A DNA stretch of 64,000 nt from Candidatus Bathyarchaeia archaeon. GTDB taxonomy: Archaea; Thermoproteota; CALKCG01; B24. The DNA is taken from contig JAVZJD010000001.1 of assembly GCA_038870975.1 (NCBI GenBank), forward strand, positions 32,001 through 96,000, given 5' to 3'. Numbering within the stretch: the first letter of the stretch is position 1; the number at the start of each line of letters is the position of its first letter. Of the stretch, positions 60,363 through 64,000 are shown one piece after another. The notes below the pieces were generated by a model. It ran no database searches and had not been told where the DNA came from. It was given only the letters and a program-made list of their open reading frames with translations. A program made the position numbers and the translations under genes.

Positions 60363-60631
60363 GTCAGGTAGCGGGGAGAGGCCGCTCCTCCCACCTCCTA
60401 TAACCAACCCGAAGGCTGGTTATAGGCGTCATTTCTGCAGGTTTAAGCTAACCTTTCGGTTAGCCCGTTTCCAAGCCTTTCGACTTGGAAACACCCTGCA
60501 CGACCTATCTACTCAGTCTCACTCATTGGAATCTGTTACGCAACCTTGAGCCGTCCCGAAGGACGGTCAGGGGAGCGTAACAAACTCCGTTGAGCAAGAC
60601 TTTTCGATTTTAGACGACGCTACCTTTTGAC
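60363..60631 (-). ncRNA. Unassigned large structured non-coding RNA (~270 nt)
   Basis: Terminal helix 60366-60373/60618-60625; four hairpins capped by cUUCGg (x2) and GAAA (x2) on the minus strand; G-U pairs valid only on the minus strand; GC-rich island with an AT-rich upstream flank. Confidence 0.8.
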
Positions 60632-60653
60632 CAAGCTTAGGGTCTTCTAATTA

Positions 60654-60672
60654 TTCTTTTAAGATTAACTGA
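60654..60672 (-). promoter_or_regulatory. Candidate TATA box for the ncRNA
   Basis: GTTAATCTTAAAAG on the minus strand ~25-30 nt upstream of the predicted 5' end. Confidence 0.4.
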
Positions 60673-60809
60673 CTATTTTTCTAAATAAATTAGTCTAGTA
60701 AACTGTAACTAGACCTAAAAAAGGTATAATGTATAAATTCATTAAATAAAAATTACTAAATTTAAAAAAGATGGAAAAAAGGTTTGAATTTCCCTTAAAG
60801 CACTGAGGT

Positions 60810-61913
60810 TTATGTTTTAAAGAACCGGCTTTGAAGCCTCTTCAGTGTTTCAACGATGCCTGTATATTCCAGTTCTTCCATGCCGAGTATTGCAGGAGCT
60901 ATCGGTCCATTTCTCCTTATGAATTCAGCCATCTGGAGAGCTGTTCTTCTAGCGTGGTCGAAAGCCACGTCTTCAAATAAATCAGCAGGTCCTACGAGTC
61001 TGCCGCCTGAAAGCTGGAAGCCTAAAGCTACTACTCTAGGCGGTCCGTCGAAGAACGAGCACCTACTGTCCTTTAAGCCTACTGGCATCAGAGGACCGTA
61101 GTGGGAACCCCTCATCCAGCCAGCTACCATGTGCGGTGTGAAGAATGGTGCTAAAGCTTCACCTACTGCTGGAAGCCCATGCTGACATCTCACGATGCAA
61201 ACCGGGTCGTCTTTACCTACGTATCTGCCAGCTATTAGAGAAAGCCTTGTAACACTGGCGACAGCGGCTATAAGCTTGTCGGAATTTCTCCAGACCCTTT
61301 CAATCACATATCTGCCCGTTGTACCAATGAGCGCCAGTAGACTGTAGATTTCACTTGGAGTAGATAGGTCTATACATTCACCTTTCTGAACATCCATAAC
61401 TCTAAATGTGAACCCGTCGTGCATGACAGGGTCTAGTATTAAGCCTGCCGTATTCCAAGGATCTGCGAAAATCTTGTAGAGTATTAGGTTCCAAGCACCT
61501 GGCTCAGTCTTATCAGCGGCAAAAACAACTATCGGCTCACTTCTACGTTCCTCTATCTCCATTTCAGCTACTCCAGGCCCCATGCCTTTGACGTTTCCAG
61601 AAAATGCTTCTGAAAGCAGGTCTTGACCAGCTGCGTAAAGCTTGAGAGGCCTTGAAACCTTTTCAGTAACTTCTTTAAAAGTATCCCATGCTAAACCATG
61701 TATCTTGGGACTATTCTCCCCCTCTCTATGGGTCATTAGAAGTTCAAGGTCGTCTCCAGCGTTGAAGACGTAGTAGTCGATCAGTAGACCTTTTTCTTTA
61801 GCTTCCTGGAGCTTCTTCTTAGCAAGTTCTATTTGCTCTGAGTGGACAATGTGGTGGCCAGCTAAAGAACCAACGTCTGCTTTTATCAGGGATATAGTTA
61901 TTTTGTCGGGCAT
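60810..61913 (-). CDS. fbp: Fructose-1,6-bisphosphate aldolase/phosphatase (class V)
   Basis: IKADVG, GDD, GQDLL, DKTEPGA, YVGKDDP, GWMRGSH. Confidence 0.95.
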   Translation of the reverse strand: MPDKITISLIKADVGSLAGHHIVHSEQIELAKKKLQEAKEKGLLIDYYVFNAGDDLELLMTHREGENSPKIHGLAWDTFKEVTEKVSRPLKLYAAGQDLLSEAFSGNVKGMGPGVAEMEIEERRSEPIVVFAADKTEPGAWNLILYKIFADPWNTAGLILDPVMHDGFTFRVMDVQKGECIDLSTPSEIYSLLALIGTTGRYVIERVWRNSDKLIAAVASVTRLSLIAGRYVGKDDPVCIVRCQHGLPAVGEALAPFFTPHMVAGWMRGSHYGPLMPVGLKDSRCSFFDGPPRVVALGFQLSGGRLVGPADLFEDVAFDHARRTALQMAEFIRRNGPIAPAILGMEELEYTGIVETLKRLQSRFFKT

Positions 61914-61928
61914 AACTACCCCCTCAAC

Positions 61929-62645
61929 TTAAGGACCCCAAGCTCTCTTAAGTCTTTCGCTTTTAACCCCCTCAAGGTCCAAAACAACAATTCCACCTCT
62001 AGCTGGAAGTGAGACGTTTAAAACATATGTAAACGCCACCCAAGTTTCAAGCCTAGTCGATTTATGTGCATGCCCATGGATCCACACAAGAGGACGCGTC
62101 TCCCTGATAACACTCTCCATCCTCCTACAGCCCATTTCAGGCCAAACGTTTTCATTTTCACCTTCAAGCGTAACATATGTTGGAGCGTAGTGTGTCATTA
62201 CTACGACGTATTCTCCTTTAACCTCTCTAAGCATCCTACTGATCTTTGAAAACCTAGATTCATACCGCCAGTATATGTCTTTGATGTGTGTTCTCTGCCA
62301 AAACGTTGGGCGATCGAGTATGCCTCTTGAACCTATAAAATGAATATTCAAACCTTGAACGTTTACTTTTAGGCTTTCATCGTCCAGCCAAGTTATCTCT
62401 CCAACTTCCCTGTACTTATTTTCATAGCCTTCCCATTCCTCATTACCGAAGCAAGCTAGTAAAGGTGTTTTGGAGAAGACTCTAACGGTTTTTACAAGCT
62501 CAAAAAGCCTTTCATACCCGTTCCTATAGACTAGGTCTCCGGCAAGTAGCATAAGATCTATATTCGTCAGTTTTTGAAGAGACTCTCTGAAAAGTGGAAG
62601 ATACTTAGGCGTATGAACATCTGCAGTTAGAGCAAGCCTAACCAT
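61929..62645 (-). CDS. Metallophosphoesterase (calcineurin-like)
   Basis: DVH, GD, GNE, H, HGHAH. Confidence 0.88.
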   Translation of the reverse strand: MVRLALTADVHTPKYLPLFRESLQKLTNIDLMLLAGDLVYRNGYERLFELVKTVRVFSKTPLLACFGNEEWEGYENKYREVGEITWLDDESLKVNVQGLNIHFIGSRGILDRPTFWQRTHIKDIYWRYESRFSKISRMLREVKGEYVVVMTHYAPTYVTLEGENENVWPEMGCRRMESVIRETRPLVWIHGHAHKSTRLETWVAFTYVLNVSLPARGGIVVLDLEGVKSERLKRAWGP

Positions 62646-62732
62646 ACAACATACACCACTGTATTACGTGTAATTATAATAGTTTTCCTAGGTATTAGAG
62701 TTAAAACTTAAGTATCGACGTAAGCGTCTTCT

Positions 62733-63500
62733 ATGAAGATGGCATCTTTTAAAAGACCTCTAAAACTAGGTTTAACCGCCACATTTACGGCTTTAACGAC
62801 AGTAGCTACCATGGGTTTCACTATATACGTACCAGCTACGAAGGGATACTTCAACCTAGGGGAAGCAATGGTTTACACGACTGCTATTCTACTTGGGCCT
62901 TCCATAGGGGCTGTTGCTGGCGGCTTGGGGTCTATGCTCGCCGATTTAATACTAGGCTACCATATTTACGCTCTAGGAACCCTCATAATAAAAAGCATTG
63001 AGGGGTTTATAGTAGGTCTCCTCGCTCAAAGGCTTAAGTTTAAGGCATCAACATTGAAAGCTATGAGTATAGCGTTGCCAGCTTTTACAGGCTTAACCCT
63101 CGGAATCGTCGGCTCAACTGTATACACTGGTTTCACTGAGGCGTACTTTGGTCCACTTACATTGGTCAAAGGTGAGCTTTCAATGATTGTATGGGCAGTT
63201 TTAGCATGCTTCATATTCATAGTAATGGCTGTATTGTCTCTTAAAGTAGAGCCGAGCTTAACTGTTTACGCAATCTCCATCTTCATCGGAGGCGCGGAAA
63301 TGGTTATAGGCTACTACCTATATGAAAGTCTATTACTAGGCTACTACGCATTAGCGGAAGTTCCAGTAAACATCGGTCAAATGGTCATAGGATTAACCGT
63401 TGCGTTACCACTTATTAAAACCTTGAGTAGAGTAGAAGTTTTTACAAGTTTAAAGCTTTTAGATGGGAAAACGTACGTCAAAACTGATGGTAGTAAGTAG
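62733..63500 (+). CDS. ECF transporter S component
   Basis: GYFNLGE, GSMLAD, IIKSIEG, NIGQ. Confidence 0.85.
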   Translation: MKMASFKRPLKLGLTATFTALTTVATMGFTIYVPATKGYFNLGEAMVYTTAILLGPSIGAVAGGLGSMLADLILGYHIYALGTLIIKSIEGFIVGLLAQRLKFKASTLKAMSIALPAFTGLTLGIVGSTVYTGFTEAYFGPLTLVKGELSMIVWAVLACFIFIVMAVLSLKVEPSLTVYAISIFIGGAEMVIGYYLYESLLLGYYALAEVPVNIGQMVIGLTVALPLIKTLSRVEVFTSLKLLDGKTYVKTDGSK

Positions 63501-64000
63501 AACCGCCTATATGCTCTGCTTGAACCGGAGGAGGAGTAAATTCAAGCCTTTCTAAACCGTGCATCAATTTTAAATCCTCAGAGAAGACTTCCAACTCTTT
63601 CGGAGCATAAATAGTACCTTTTAATGGGGCACTTAATGGTATTCTAAGTCTCTTTTTAAGCTTCCAGATACTACTGTTGAATTCAACCAATATGGATGTA
63701 AGATTTATCAATTTATCATCAACGGGAGCTTTAGTAGGCATTTTCTCAAAGTGGACCGTTCCACCGTAGAGTTCCCTCCAAAGCACGTCAGTTATAAACG
63801 GACAAATGGGCGCTAGGAGCCTCAATACAGTTTTAAGAGTCGTATGAAGTGTGTACCATGCTGAGTGTTGCGCTTCAAGATCGAAAACTCCATTCTTATT
63901 GTAAGCTCTAGGTTTAACCGCCTCCAAGTAGTGATCTGCGAAAATATGCCATAGGAAGAACCTAATGCCATTACTGGCTTCAAAGAAGTCGAAGTTTTCA
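63478..64000 (-). CDS. valS: Valyl-tRNA synthetase, C-terminal part (runs off the window)
   Basis: Frame extends to the edge: FFLWHIFADHYLEAVKPRAY...LLAPICPFITD anticodon-binding domain. Confidence 0.85.
   Translation of the reverse strand, partial: ENFDFFEASNGIRFFLWHIFADHYLEAVKPRAYNKNGVFDLEAQHSAWYTLHTTLKTVLRLLAPICPFITDVLWRELYGGTVHFEKMPTKAPVDDKLINLTSILVEFNSSIWKLKKRLRIPLSAPLKGTIYAPKELEVFSEDLKLMHGLERLEFTPPPVQAEHIGGSTYYHQF

Noticed and set aside
60361-60549. 62-aa plus-strand ORF
   Set aside because: Antisense to the structured RNA; no SD or recognisable protein features.
60363-60631. Assignment as SRP RNA or canonical RNase P RNA
   Set aside because: The helix-8 SRP motif and the RNase P CR-I/CR-V consensus sequences are absent on both strands.

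Overview
Archaeal chromosomal window, most likely TACK/Thermoproteota. Bathyarchaeia-like is an inference from gene content: URO-D-like proteins, group 4 [NiFe] hydrogenase, FBP aldolase/phosphatase, PaREP1, archaeal TATA/SD signals. Housekeeping genes include an SMC-family ATPase (5' part), cdc48, rio2, intein-containing rtcB, rdgB, fbp, the 3' end of valS and tRNA-Gly(GCC). Other content: a Ni/Co ECF transporter; a membrane-bound group 4 hydrogenase split into two convergent operons; a putative two-gene S-layer locus flanked by toxin-antitoxin modules and decayed duplicates; and a degraded SSV1-integrase-type element at tRNA-Gly carrying a frameshifted PriS-PriL fusion primase and a HerA-like remnant. 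The most striking unexplained feature is a ~270-nt, very highly structured minus-strand non-coding RNA (60363-60631). It has two cUUCGg and two GAAA tetraloops, a terminal closing helix, a candidate promoter and a possible pseudoknot. Its helix order resembles RNase P/MRP RNA, but it lacks the canonical RNase P and SRP signature sequences. No CRISPR array or rRNA was seen.
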